Position numbers and translations under genes: made by a program | NCBI GenBank assembly: GCA_964252035.1 | Contig: OZ176207.1 | Strand: one strand, 5' to 3' | Source of the DNA: Podarcis erhardii | Lineage: Eukaryota | Length of the DNA stretch: 64,000 nucleotides | The notes under the pieces: generated by a model | Seen by the model: only the letters and a program-made list of their open reading frames with translations | What the model was told of the DNA's origin: nothing | The model's database searches: none | Shown here: one piece after another, positions 23,286 to 33,933 of the stretch | Layout of the letters: every line of letters begins with the position of its first letter | Numbering within the stretch: the first letter of the stretch is position 1

Positions 23286-24909
23286 ACAATGAAGTCATTT
23301 TCAACAGCTGCCCTTACAGTTGAAGTGATGATGTGATAAGTAGAACTTCTATATCTTCTATATTTGTCATGGTGAGCAGCTGAGTCCCAAGATGGACCCT
23401 ATACAGTATCTCATCAATCTTGCCAGAGATATGCTTTACAAGCTAGGTTGGCTCTACCATACCAGAAGACTATGTAGCTAGTTAAACCAGGACAGTTAAA
23501 GAGACATCCCTTATCTAGAATAAATATGTGTAGATGTTTGGGCTCTTATGCTGCTTCCAGCATGGCCCACTTGCCATGCAAACTGAGCATTGCTACAACT
23601 TTTCAGGGAGTTCTAAAGTAGACTCTCCACTCCTGCAGTGTTTCTGTCATCCTGCACATGGTATAAAAATTGTTTTACCAACAGATGTCATTACTGAATA
23701 TGTGGACTTATAACATGATTGCCTATCACTCTAAATAACTTTTTTACATGAAGGCTAGCTGCAACCAGGATTTCAACCACCCAACAATGGAAAACCTTGA
23801 AAAATCTACATTTGTCTTTGTGTTATAACAATTTACGGATTTTTGCTATTACAGAAAAAAATGACACATAAATTGTGTCTCCAAGAGGATGGAAAACCCA
23901 GAGTACTTTTACGTTATCTGGTGGCATTTTATTTATTATGCTTCAGACTTAGCTGTTCAACATTCACCGTCTACACCAACTCGAGAAATATGGGTGTTTT
24001 GATTTATATTTGTGTGTTACCACATGTTCCTCTTATTATTTTTTGCTTCTTTCTTACCTTACTTTGTATGTGGTACCCTGCTACTGCACCTTTGAGTTAG
24101 CAATGGCCATTATGTTACACACACACACACCACAGAGAGAGAGAGGGGGGGGCAACCCCTGATTTGCATGGGGGTCGCGTTCCTGGCGGAACGTGCATAA
24201 ACTGCCCTACCTTGTTCTGCCCCACCCCTGTTTTGCCCAGTTCCGCCCCCATTATGCCCAACTGGTGTTTCTTGAGTACAAACAAGGCACACAGATTACT
24301 TCTCTTTACATAGCCTTCCCCTACCAAACCCCACCTCCTTTTGGGGGGTGTGGGGTGTTTTTTGTTTTGAACATCTATTACATGAGAGTTTGAAAACTCT
24401 CCAGGCACATTTGGATACATTAGTGCAGTCCTGGAGTAGCTGAAGTCTTTTTTGGCTGTGTGCCTCACAAATCACCCTAGGCAAAGAAGCAAATTTCCAG
24501 AAAGGCATGGCTTGTCATGTTACATTGCTCCACTGATGAAACTCAGATCCTCTAGGGATAGAAATATTTGTCTTGGCTAAAATGAGATAAAACTTTACCT
24601 CAGCTTACCACAGAATTAGATAAAAGGTGTTTGGATTTGTTCGCCTGGCCTCTGTACCCACTCAGTATGTGTCAGTGTCACACATTTTGAACTGAACCAA
24701 TTTCTTATCTATTTTGAAAGGGATTACCTAAGCATACCGGAAGACTTATAAGCAGAAGCAACAAAACTTAGCAGGCCATCAATAAGTATCACAGTTGCTG
24801 TAAATTAGGGGGGGGGGTGTTTTGAGGTAGTTTAATGGGGTAATCAGTGTTTACAAATGGCATTAGTTTCCGCAGTTCTCACCAAGAGTTTGGATAACTG
24901 TTTATATTT

Positions 24910-25048
24910 GCATAGCTCAGTTGATTAGAGCGTGGTGCTGATAATGCCAAGGTCATGGGTTTGATCCCCTAGGGGTGCATATTCCTGCATTGCCGGGGGT
25001 TGGACTACATGATCCATGGGATCCCTTCCAACTCTATGATCCTATGAT
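24910..25048 (+). mobile_element. tRNA(Ile)-derived SINE with CR1 tail, copy 2
   Basis: GCATAGCTCAGTTGATTAGAGCGTGGTGCTGATAATGCCAAGG..GTTTGATCCCC..ATTCCTGCATTGCCGGGGGTTGGACTA..CCCTTCCAACTCTATGATCCTATGA. Confidence 0.85.
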
Positions 25049-25118
25049 ATTGGTGTGTGTTTCCCTGCTTAAGAACAGTGAGGATTTCTAATGGGGAATG
25101 ACTGGCTTTTGTCATTAC

Positions 25119-25520
25119 CATTTACTCTGCATCCAGTGCATTCCTAACACTGGTTTTTGAAGCCATGTACAGTGGAACCTCTATATGCGAACGGGATCCG
25201 TTCCAGAGCCCTGTTCGCATCTAGAAGCAAACGTAACCAGCGACGGCACGTCTGTGCACATGCGCGCCACTTTTCGCCACTTCTGCGCATGTGTGTGATG
25301 TCATTTTGAGCGTCTGCGCATGCTCAAGCGGCGGAACCCAAAAGTAACGCGCTCCGTTACTTCCGGGTTGCCGCGGAGCGCAACTCAAATGCGCTCATCC
25401 TGAAGCACGTTCAACCCGAGGTATGACTGTATAGCCACAATCTATATCTATCCTGTTGTTTCTGGAGAAATATTGCCGTTTGATGCATTATCCCTCAAAC
25501 CAGCTTTAATCTGAACTGAA
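25119..25520. mobile_element. Older Harbinger-like MITE (same family as 11314-11542), split by a Tigger-like MITE
   Basis: TTTACTCTGCATCCAGTG..CATGTA | TAGCCACAATCTATATCTATCCTG..GAAATATTGC..TGATGC; rejoining the halves reproduces the 11314-11542 interior. Confidence 0.6.
25170..25429. mobile_element. Tc1/mariner (Tigger-like) MITE, family B
   Basis: Ends CAGTGGAACCTC / GAGGTATGACTG; TA on both sides (25168-25169, 25430-25431); CpG-rich interior. Confidence 0.85.
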
Positions 25521-26665
25521 AGCTGAAGGCACAGTGCTTGCACATGCACAAATGACAACTTAATGAATAGGAGTTCCAGGGAGTGTTGCATCCCTGCCTG
25601 CTCTCCACCCATTGGCATGGACAGACAGTGGGTGACTTAGAAACACATCAGACTTTACCAATGTTTATAACAATATGCAAATATGACTTTAAATGCACCC
25701 CTCCCCCAAGATCTTACTGTGCTTTAAGCTGGTAATGTGTATATAGTCATGGTTTTCTTGGGGTGGGAAAGTGCACTGGAAGGCACCTCCAGATGACCTG
25801 TTTATTGAGGATTCATCCTGATACGTTTCCAGGGTTGGCTATTTAATAGGTGTTCATTCTCATTTGTTTGCAGGGACGTTAGATGATGTTGTGTCAAAGC
25901 AAGTGTTACCCCACACTTCCCTCATAACTTTTTTTTTAAATTGCAAAATGCCTAATCTTTTGGGGAAGCAGATTTCTTTTGCTGGAGCACCAAATGAACT
26001 ACAATTGCACAAACTTAATTTGTCAATGTGTGATTGAACCTTGCGTGAAAATAGTGGCTGTCTGGAAGTACCTATAATATCTTCATAACATTTAGTTACA
26101 AATATACAGCAGCAGCACATCTGCTGGTTTTGCATCATATTCCCAGAACCGCCCTTCCACTCACCCTGCTTTTTAAGGAACTAACAGGAAAATCACAGCT
26201 CTCTGTTCTCCAAATGGAAACTGAAATCTGGCTCTGTATTATTTCTTTGCCTTCTTCTTAGCTAGAGGGATGTCATGTTCTTCAAACTCTGATGTTAATC
26301 ATATACCAGCAGCTAGACAGAGATGCCTAGTTATCAGGAGGAAGCTGCCATTGGTTACTTATAATTAAGGAAGCATTAAGTGATCACCCTGGACTTTGAG
26401 TGAGCCATCAGGCTAGGAAAGCTTGTTCTCCCAGTATCTGCAAGGATATATCTAGTGGCTTCTTTGAAGTGTTTTCTGCTTTGATCCTGAGTTTTAAAGT
26501 GCACAAATATCCTGTATTAATGTGCACACTATTTTCAAGGACATCTGCTTAGAAACACGATGATCAGCCATTTTCCGCCACCAGGGGATCATTTAAGTAT
26601 TACTATCTTTGTGGTGAAATTGAGGACAAGAATTGTTTATGTCTTTGTCCTGCGACAGATTTATA

Positions 26666-26900
26666 TTGGGGCAGGGAACCTATTTCAGCCTGAAAGCCAC
26701 ATTCCACCATAGGCAACCTTCCGTGAGCCATATACTGTGGACTATATCCTCTATTCAGCCTAGCAAGAGGTATTGTCACAGTTCAATAATACATTACAGC
26801 AAGGTAAAGTCAGTAGAAGACGACACAGAGCAGGGTAGGGAGAGGTAGTCCAGGCAGAGTCCTGAGGGCCAAACAGAGGCAAAAAACATACCTTAAGGCA
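26666..26900. mobile_element. Degenerate hAT-like MITE
   Basis: GGGGCAGGGAACCT..GCCACATTCC..GGCAACCTTCC..GAGGGCCAAACAGAGGC resembles common lizard hAT MITEs; no clean TSD. Confidence 0.35.
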
Positions 26901-28620
26901 TAAATAAAATTTGAACCTAAAACGTAAATTAAACTCTGTTGCAGAAACTGACAGGCATGGCAAGAATCACACAATAATTACTCTCTTCAAAGTACAGCAG
27001 AAATGTCACGACACCAAAAAAATAAACAGCTATGAGTTCTACAGAGCAGTATAATTAGATGGAGGCATTACAACATTCATTTTCTTACTAACATGCAGTA
27101 CAAAATCAAACCATTCTGATCCAATCTATCCCTCTTTTTAGTCCTCCAAGCCAATTTTATTTGTCAATTTTTCAACCAAGACTATATCTCAAACCTTTTG
27201 ATTCAAATATTCTTTTATAGCTCCTTCCAAAAAAAGGGTAATCACATTTCTGTAGCATTTAGAACATGCCTGCACAATGTCTGACCCACTAAGCCATATG
27301 GAGCCCAGCAGTCTTGTGTGGCTTGCCTGGTGCTGACAATTTCACTGTTCCACCATTACTAGAAGGCAAGTGAAACATTTACTAGGCCATCATATGTATC
27401 CTGGTGATAATTTTGGGTTTGCTGGGTCACACATTGTGGATGATTGCTTTAGAAGCCAATAAAATGTACCACCAACTCACAGGGCACAAAATTTGCTTCC
27501 CTTGAATTCAGGAAAGTTTTGTGAACCTGGAACAGTCGAAGCTCCCTCATGTATTTATATAGGTCATATGAAACTGATTTTGAAGTAGGTGACTGATGAC
27601 TGATAGATACAGATTACTGGCTTGCATTATATAGTCCAGAAAGCATACATGACCATTCCCAGCTGTGGCTCCAACATTGGGTAAAAGCATCTGCCACATT
27701 AAATTACATTACTAAGGAAAGAATAAAGGAGTCCCTTCCATGCTCTTTTACCCAGAAAAAACAACAACCAAGAAACTTTAAAAGCCTGAGGATTTTTTTG
27801 TCTTGTTTTTATAAATATTGATTCATCTGATTGCTCTCTACCTTCCAGGAAACAGGGGGTAAACATAGTGCAAACTCATTCTGGTATGCTCAGTGACTTC
27901 CAATTCCTGCTTTTTAGAAGAATCCATTATGAACTTCACTGGCGCAGTAATTGGATTTCTTTAAATATTCCCCAGAATCCCATATCTAGAGATTTATTTA
28001 TTTTTACAGATAGATGCACTAGAACCACACTAATTACTGAACAAGATTCCTTGATACAGACGGCTTACTGTTTTTTCCAGTGGCAGCGATTGTAGCTTGG
28101 CATGGCTGTGGGGGAAGTGGGGAGGGCAAGGGTCCTCACCTACATGACTGCCAGTGGCACTAACAGCATTGGCCACTTGGGGGTCTTCTGCGTCAAATCA
28201 CCAAAAAATGAACTTCAGATTGGCCAGTTGTGGCTGGTTCAGTGGACGTGGTTTAGGGAGACAGAACTGGGGGAGCTAGTCTTCTCTCAGATACATCTCT
28301 ATAGTATAAATTCCAGCTGCGCTGTGAGTGAGCGGCACAGTTGGAAATGGATGCCACCCCCCCACCCCCCATATCTCTTGGCTGTGCCTGAAAGTAGGCA
28401 GACAGTTCTGTAGCACAACCTTGCTGTGGAATTAATTGGTCACCATATTCAGGGCCAGGGAGGACTTTGCTTGCAGGCAAATGGGGCATGTCTGGAGGTT
28501 TTGCCTATCTCATATTAAGAGTCACAGCTTTTGACAGGAAATGCATTCAGTTGGATCCTTAGTCAAAACTAGAACCAATTTTTTACTTCGCTAAAGAGGT
28601 CCATGGGAAAAGTTTTGTCT

Positions 28621-28973
28621 GATTAGTTGTAGTTTCTGGGTCACCTTCAAAGGTAGTCCCACATAGAGCGCATTTCAGAAGTCCAAGCAAGAGATAATTA
28701 GAGCATGCACCACTCTGGCAAGACAGTCTGCGGGCAGGTAGGGTCTCAGCCTGTGTACCAGATGCATACCAGCTGCCCTGGACACAGAATTGACCTGTGC
28801 CTCCATGGACAGCTGTGAGTCCAAAATGACTCCCAGGCTGCACACCTGGTCCTTCAGGGGCACTGTTACCCCATTCAGGACCAGGGAGTCCTCCACACCT
28901 GCCCGCCTCCTGTCCCCCCAAAACAGTACTTCTTTCTTGTCAGGATTCAACCTCAATCTGTTAGCTGCCATAT
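28621..28973 (-). mobile_element. L2-clade LINE internal ORF2 fragment
   Basis: Minus frame MAANRLRLNPDKKEVL..LGVILDSQLSMEAQV..LRPYLPADCLARVVHALIISCLDF*NALYVGLPLKVTQKLQLI; L2 RT C-terminal motifs with one premature stop. Confidence 0.9.
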
Positions 28974-30172
28974 ATTTCAAATATGATAAATATATAATTT
29001 CTTACTGTGCAAGAAGGTAAAATGAAGCCAAGACATTCCAATCACCTTTTTACTTTCTATGCCTATGCAACATGCACTGGACCTGATTTTAATTAGCTAC
29101 TGAATGTCTTCTTAAAAGATATTCATCTCTCTCTCATGTAATCTTTTCAATTACTTAAAAGTTTAAGGTAGAAATTTTCCGTAGGTATATTTTACTACAC
29201 AAGCCTACCATGGAAATTTACTCATGTTAGTCAAAATCTTGAATTCTCATTCTTTTCTAGGATTAGCAAATATGGCGAACTTGCTTCATAAATATCCTAG
29301 AAAATTTTTTTTGTCTTGAAAAGGGTTTTTAATAGTCACACCCAGTTCTTGGGGTCAGATTAGGATAAGGACCAGCTGGTTAAGCCTACACTTTAGGCAT
29401 GTGTAATATTTGTTAAATCTGTATGCCAAGAAATCTGATAACAATGGATGCCATGCATATCTCAGCTTGTTTTTAAAGGAGATTGTGCTATAGAGTGTTT
29501 TCTGCGCATATTGCTTTAAAGTTCTAATATTCTCTTACATAACATATGGGAATAATATATATAATGGTGTTTAATAGTAGTTATATACAAGACTGCAGTA
29601 TAGTATCTTTAACTTTTGTATTAATATAATTCTTACCCATAAATAAACATCATTATTGAAAGACCTAATGTGATCTGCCCATCAACATCAGTCATGCAAA
29701 CTGTTGAGGGTCCTGCACAGCAATAAATTGTAGAAACCAATCTTCACATATGTATATCAACATCTTACATAAGGGAGTGCACTGAAAAAATAATAAATCA
29801 GTGTCATGCCTAATTCTTTCCCCTAGATTTCACATTTACACGGGTTTCCTTGAATGAGATGACAAATGGCCCATGAGGAAACCATGGAGTTCCAAAGGAG
29901 TCCTAAGCTCTTGATTAGATAATTGTGCCTTTAAGGTATATTGAAGCACTTGGTTCAGAGATAGCAGGGCTTACTCCAGCACCTAGGAGCTCAGTTTGGC
30001 TCTGGCTGTTGTAAGAGCAAGTTGGCTGCCTTGATGATGTCTATACCCATCAGACTGTGTCTGACCAATGGGTCTTCCCAACTGATCAGCTTCCTCATCT
30101 TTCCCTTCAGATTTCTGCTATATTTTTTCAAGTACAAACCCCTAACAAACCCCAGTCTAGGATCTGAATGTT

Positions 30173-30398
30173 GCCAATATACGTTAGTGGTTAAGGTGTC
30201 AAACTAGGGCTGAGGAGACCCAGATTCTAATGAATCTCACTGAGTGATCTTTGGCCAGTGACTCTTTCTCAGACAAACCCCCACCACAGGGTTGTTGTGA
30301 GTATTAAACCAGGGGCGGGGTAAAAACCTTGTATGCCTCCTTGAGCTCCTTGATCGATGGAAGGAAGGAGATACCGGTAAGTGGAGTAAATAAATAAA
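30173..30398 (+). mobile_element. CORE-type tRNA SINE (Squam3-like)
   Basis: GCCAATATACGTTAGTGGTTAAGGTGTCAAACTAGG..GAGACCCAG..CTCACTGAGTGATCTTTGGCCAGTGACTC..CACAGGGTTGTTGTGAG..CCTTGAGCTCCTTG..TAAATAAATAAA. Confidence 0.7.
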
Positions 30399-30399
30399 C

Positions 30400-30798
30400 C
30401 ATTGTTTCGCAAAGTGGGTGATACTGCCCGCTAGGGGTGCTGGAACGATCCAGGGGGGTGGTAGTAGCCTCGGGTGCAATTGGGGGCATTGAATAAAAAT
30501 AAGGGGACAGTGGAAGCATAAAGAAATACGGTAAGTGAAGAGAAGAAAATTTTGAAAAACCATTCATACATGTTTCATCTGTTGTGTGATGACGCTTATC
30601 GCCAGGTTGAGTGCCATTGCAGGACGGCGACAACGCCTCCCTTGGCTCTGGAGGCGAGGGGTTTTCCTGGGCTTGGGTGAACCCCTTTCAGCTTCATCGG
30701 GAAGTGGAACACAGCTTAAAGAAGGTAGATTACCAGGGGGTGCTGAGTACCTTTTTTATGAAAAGAGGCAGAAGGCCAAATAAGTTTGGGAACCCCTG
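30400..30798. mobile_element. hAT-type MITE
   Basis: Left end CATTGTTTCGCAAAGTGGG and right end AAGTTTGGGAACCCCTG are Charlie-like TIRs; the 8-bp flanks match only 5/8. Confidence 0.6.
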
Positions 30799-30954
30799 AG
30801 ACAAAACATCTGATGGATCTTCTTTTTTCTCTCAATCAGACTGGGACCCAGTATTTTTGGAGAAGTAGTGTTTGGAGGATTTTTGCTCTATAACCTATTA
30901 AGATTGGAAGCTTGTCATCATACTTGCCATGAGAGGCTGCACACAGAAGAAGCA

Positions 30955-31018
30955 TAGGCATGGTGTTTCTAGGTGAGTTTCTAGGCATGAGTTCCTAGGT
31001 GGGTTTCTAGGCATGGTG
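30955..31018. repeat. Short degenerate tandem repeat (GTTTCTAGG(CA)TGR) x4-5
   Basis: Read directly. Confidence 0.8.
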
Positions 31019-31787
31019 CAACTATACACAGCGGAAAACAAAACAAATGATATTAGCAATAACCTTTGAAGCAGTTTGAATAGCAGTTCCAAGAGATGAT
31101 AAGAATTCTAGGAAACCCAGGGACAATATACAAAGGACATCTAGTGGTCTATCTATTCTGGCCCAGACAGGTGGCTTATATGGAATGCTGCAAGATATTA
31201 AGATATAATAGGAACCAAATACTAATGTAATGCTCCATGTAAGATTTAAATTATGGGTGAACTATTGCTCTATTTCAGGCTAATAGTTTGATCCAATGCA
31301 CATACATTCACACATATGATTTATCTTAAGGAACCTTATGTTAGAGCAGGGATGGGGACCCTCAAGGATGGGGAATCTCAGACTCATAGTGCAAATGTGA
31401 CTTTCTAGGCCTCTCTATTTGGCCCCTGAGATTATGCCTGCCACTGTGTTAGATTATAGCTATGACTCCTGATCTGTGCTGTAATCCCATGCATGCCCCA
31501 CCATGGGCCCATCATGGTGCCTTTTTGCTTGTTTATCTTCCTTTAGCCATGCAGTAGTAGACCTACATGTGTGAGGATGTAACATTTGGCTGAATTTATG
31601 GAAGATGAGGAACCATGGGCATAATCCAATCCAGGCTGAAGGGCTATGAGGGGCAAAGAAATTACTCTAGGGGATTTTACCTGGAAGGGAACAAGGCCTA
31701 GACACTGCTTTACCTGCAGCACATTTGCAAAGCTAAGTAGGGAACGTCTGGTATGGTTTCAAATTGGATGGAGAAACCACATTTTAA

Positions 31788-31859
31788 GATTACTGCATTG
31801 CAGACGGTTGAAGAGTTGACACTCGGGGTCCCTTCCAACTCTACAATTCTGTGATTCTA
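31788..31859 (+). mobile_element. 3' tail of CR1 or of the tRNA(Ile)/CR1 SINE
   Basis: TACTGCATTGCAG..GGGGTCCCTTCCAACTCTACAATTCTGTGATTCTA. Confidence 0.7.
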
Positions 31860-32228
31860 AGCCTCCTGTCTGGAAGCATCCATTGTAGGGGCTCATCCAC
31901 ATTTTAGCTTGTGCTGCACAGGTCAGAGTGGCTTTCTCCTTGCCACTCCCTTCCAAGGGAAAATCCGTTCTTTAGCGATAGAGCAGAACAAATGGCAATC
32001 TGGGGAAAACTCAAATTGCTGTTTGCTCCAACTGAGAGCTAAAATGTGCTTTTCCCTGGAGAGAAACATCAGGACACTAGGAAATATGAATAAGCCCTGA
32101 GTTGGTTTACAGAACCAGCACAACCAAATATTAAAGCTTTGTCCTGAACTGTGCTACCTAGATTGGATTGCTTCCCCATAACAAACTCCATGCAGGTGGA
32201 AACAATTGTGCCAAAGGACGACTACTAT

Positions 32229-32287
32229 TTCTTCTTCTTCTTCTTCTTCTTCTTCTTCTTCTTCTTCTTCTTCTTCTTCTTCTTCTT
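32229..32287. repeat. (TTC)n microsatellite, about 19 units
   Basis: Perfect run, read directly. Confidence 0.95.
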
Positions 32288-33370
32288 TGTGAGTCAACAT
32301 TCAAACACACAATGTTTTCCTTGAGGACACAGTCCAGGAAAAATTAACATATTGATCCTGCTGTAAAAATGGATTGCACTGAGAAGTGATCCAGGAATGA
32401 CACTGTATTATTGGACCCAGACCCTTTTCAATGACTATATTTAGAAGCTTGAAGAGTTTGATCTTGAACATTCAATTGTCCAGAGTTCCATGAGGATTGA
32501 CTGATAAATTTAATAACAGGAGCAGCACCTTGCCAGCTGGCAAGTATATGGGCAAGACTTTTATGCAACTTTTTGGATATCCAACACATATGTACAGTCA
32601 CTTTTCAGAAACTTTACTGAAAGTTTGCATCCTGAGTAGACTTTGCTGTTTATATTATCTGACATCCACATATTCCAAAAGCTTTTCAATATGGAGCAAC
32701 CTGAGGATATTTTAAAGAGAACTAAGATAATAGGATATCTGATCCAAAACATTTAACATGTGGGAAAGCTCTCTCTCCCCACCCCCCTTCCTTTTTAAAG
32801 AGAAAATGCAGTTCAGTCACATAAACCCATGATACCTATAAAAACTTCCACATAAGTGCAGATTTAGCAGTATAAATGGTCAACTTTAAAGTGCAGTTAG
32901 GACTAACATTTTCTCCCTTGGCTTCGTTTCAGAGCCTCCACATGAAGGTTTATGAACACAAAACACAGAAGGAAGATTGTGTTTGATTACACTGACTGTT
33001 AAATGTGGCCTCTTAAAAAAGCTGAACTTCTCAACTTGATTATTTTTTAAAAGATACTTCAATAGACTTGAACATTCTGTTTGTACTCCCCCCCCCCCTT
33101 CCCTTGTGCAGGATTTTGCATCAAACAGATTCTGGAGACTGAAAAAAGAAACTTGGTTCAGCTGTTCAGAACTGTAAGTGAAGAGTTATATACTGTATAT
33201 ATAAAATGTCTGTTGAACAGTGAAGTATTTGTGATATGTCTTCAGGAAGATGTCCATATTTTACAGTAGAGCCAGAATTGTTTTAAAAATAGCAGTTGAG
33301 CTTAGTTACCTTTAGTCACATTACCCAGCATCAATTTTTGTATGTAAGATTTTCCTATTGTTCCTAAATA

Positions 33371-33723
33371 GTAAAGGTAAAGGAACCCCTGACCATTAGG
33401 TCCAGTCATGACCGACTCTGGGGTTGCAGCGCTCATCTCGCTTTATTGGCCAAGGGAGCCAGCGTATCGCTTTTGGGTCATGTGGCCAGCATGACTAAGC
33501 CGCTTTTGGCAAACCAGAGCAGCGCACGGAAACACCGTTTACCTTCCCGCCGGAGCGGTACCTATTTATCTACTTGCACTTTGAGGTGATTTCGAACTGC
33601 TAGGTTGGCAGGAGCAGGGACTGAGCAACAGGAGCTCACCCCGTTGCGGGGATTCGAACCACCAACCTTCTGATCGGCAAGTCCTAGGATCTGTGGTTTA
33701 ACCCACAGCACCGCCCGCATCCC
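33371..33723 (-). mobile_element. Sauria SINE, full length
   Basis: Reverse complement starts GGGATGCGGGCGGTGCTGTGGGTTAAACC..GGTTCGAATCCCCGC (tRNA head, B box intact) and ends GGGGTTCCTTTACCTTTAC; short TSD-like CCTAAAT on both sides. Confidence 0.95.
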
Positions 33724-33757
33724 AGCGGGTGTCCCTAAATGCAACAAATATAATCAC

Positions 33758-33933
33758 CGCCAAGTTCAATGGCTTTAAAGAGGATTGGATGAATGAATGG
33801 ATGATAAAGTTATCAATGGCTACTAGCCACAATGTTGCTGGAAATTCCAAGTGAGGAGAGGGTTGTTGCGTTCATGTCCTGGTTGGATTAGATGGGCCTT
33901 TGGCCTGATCCAGCAGTGCCATTTTTAAGGTTT
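33758..33933 (+). mobile_element. CR1 3' fragment
   Basis: ATGGCTTTAAAGAGGATTGGATGAA..ATCAATGGCTACTAGCC..GATGGGCCTTTGGCCTGATCCAGCAG. Confidence 0.65.
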
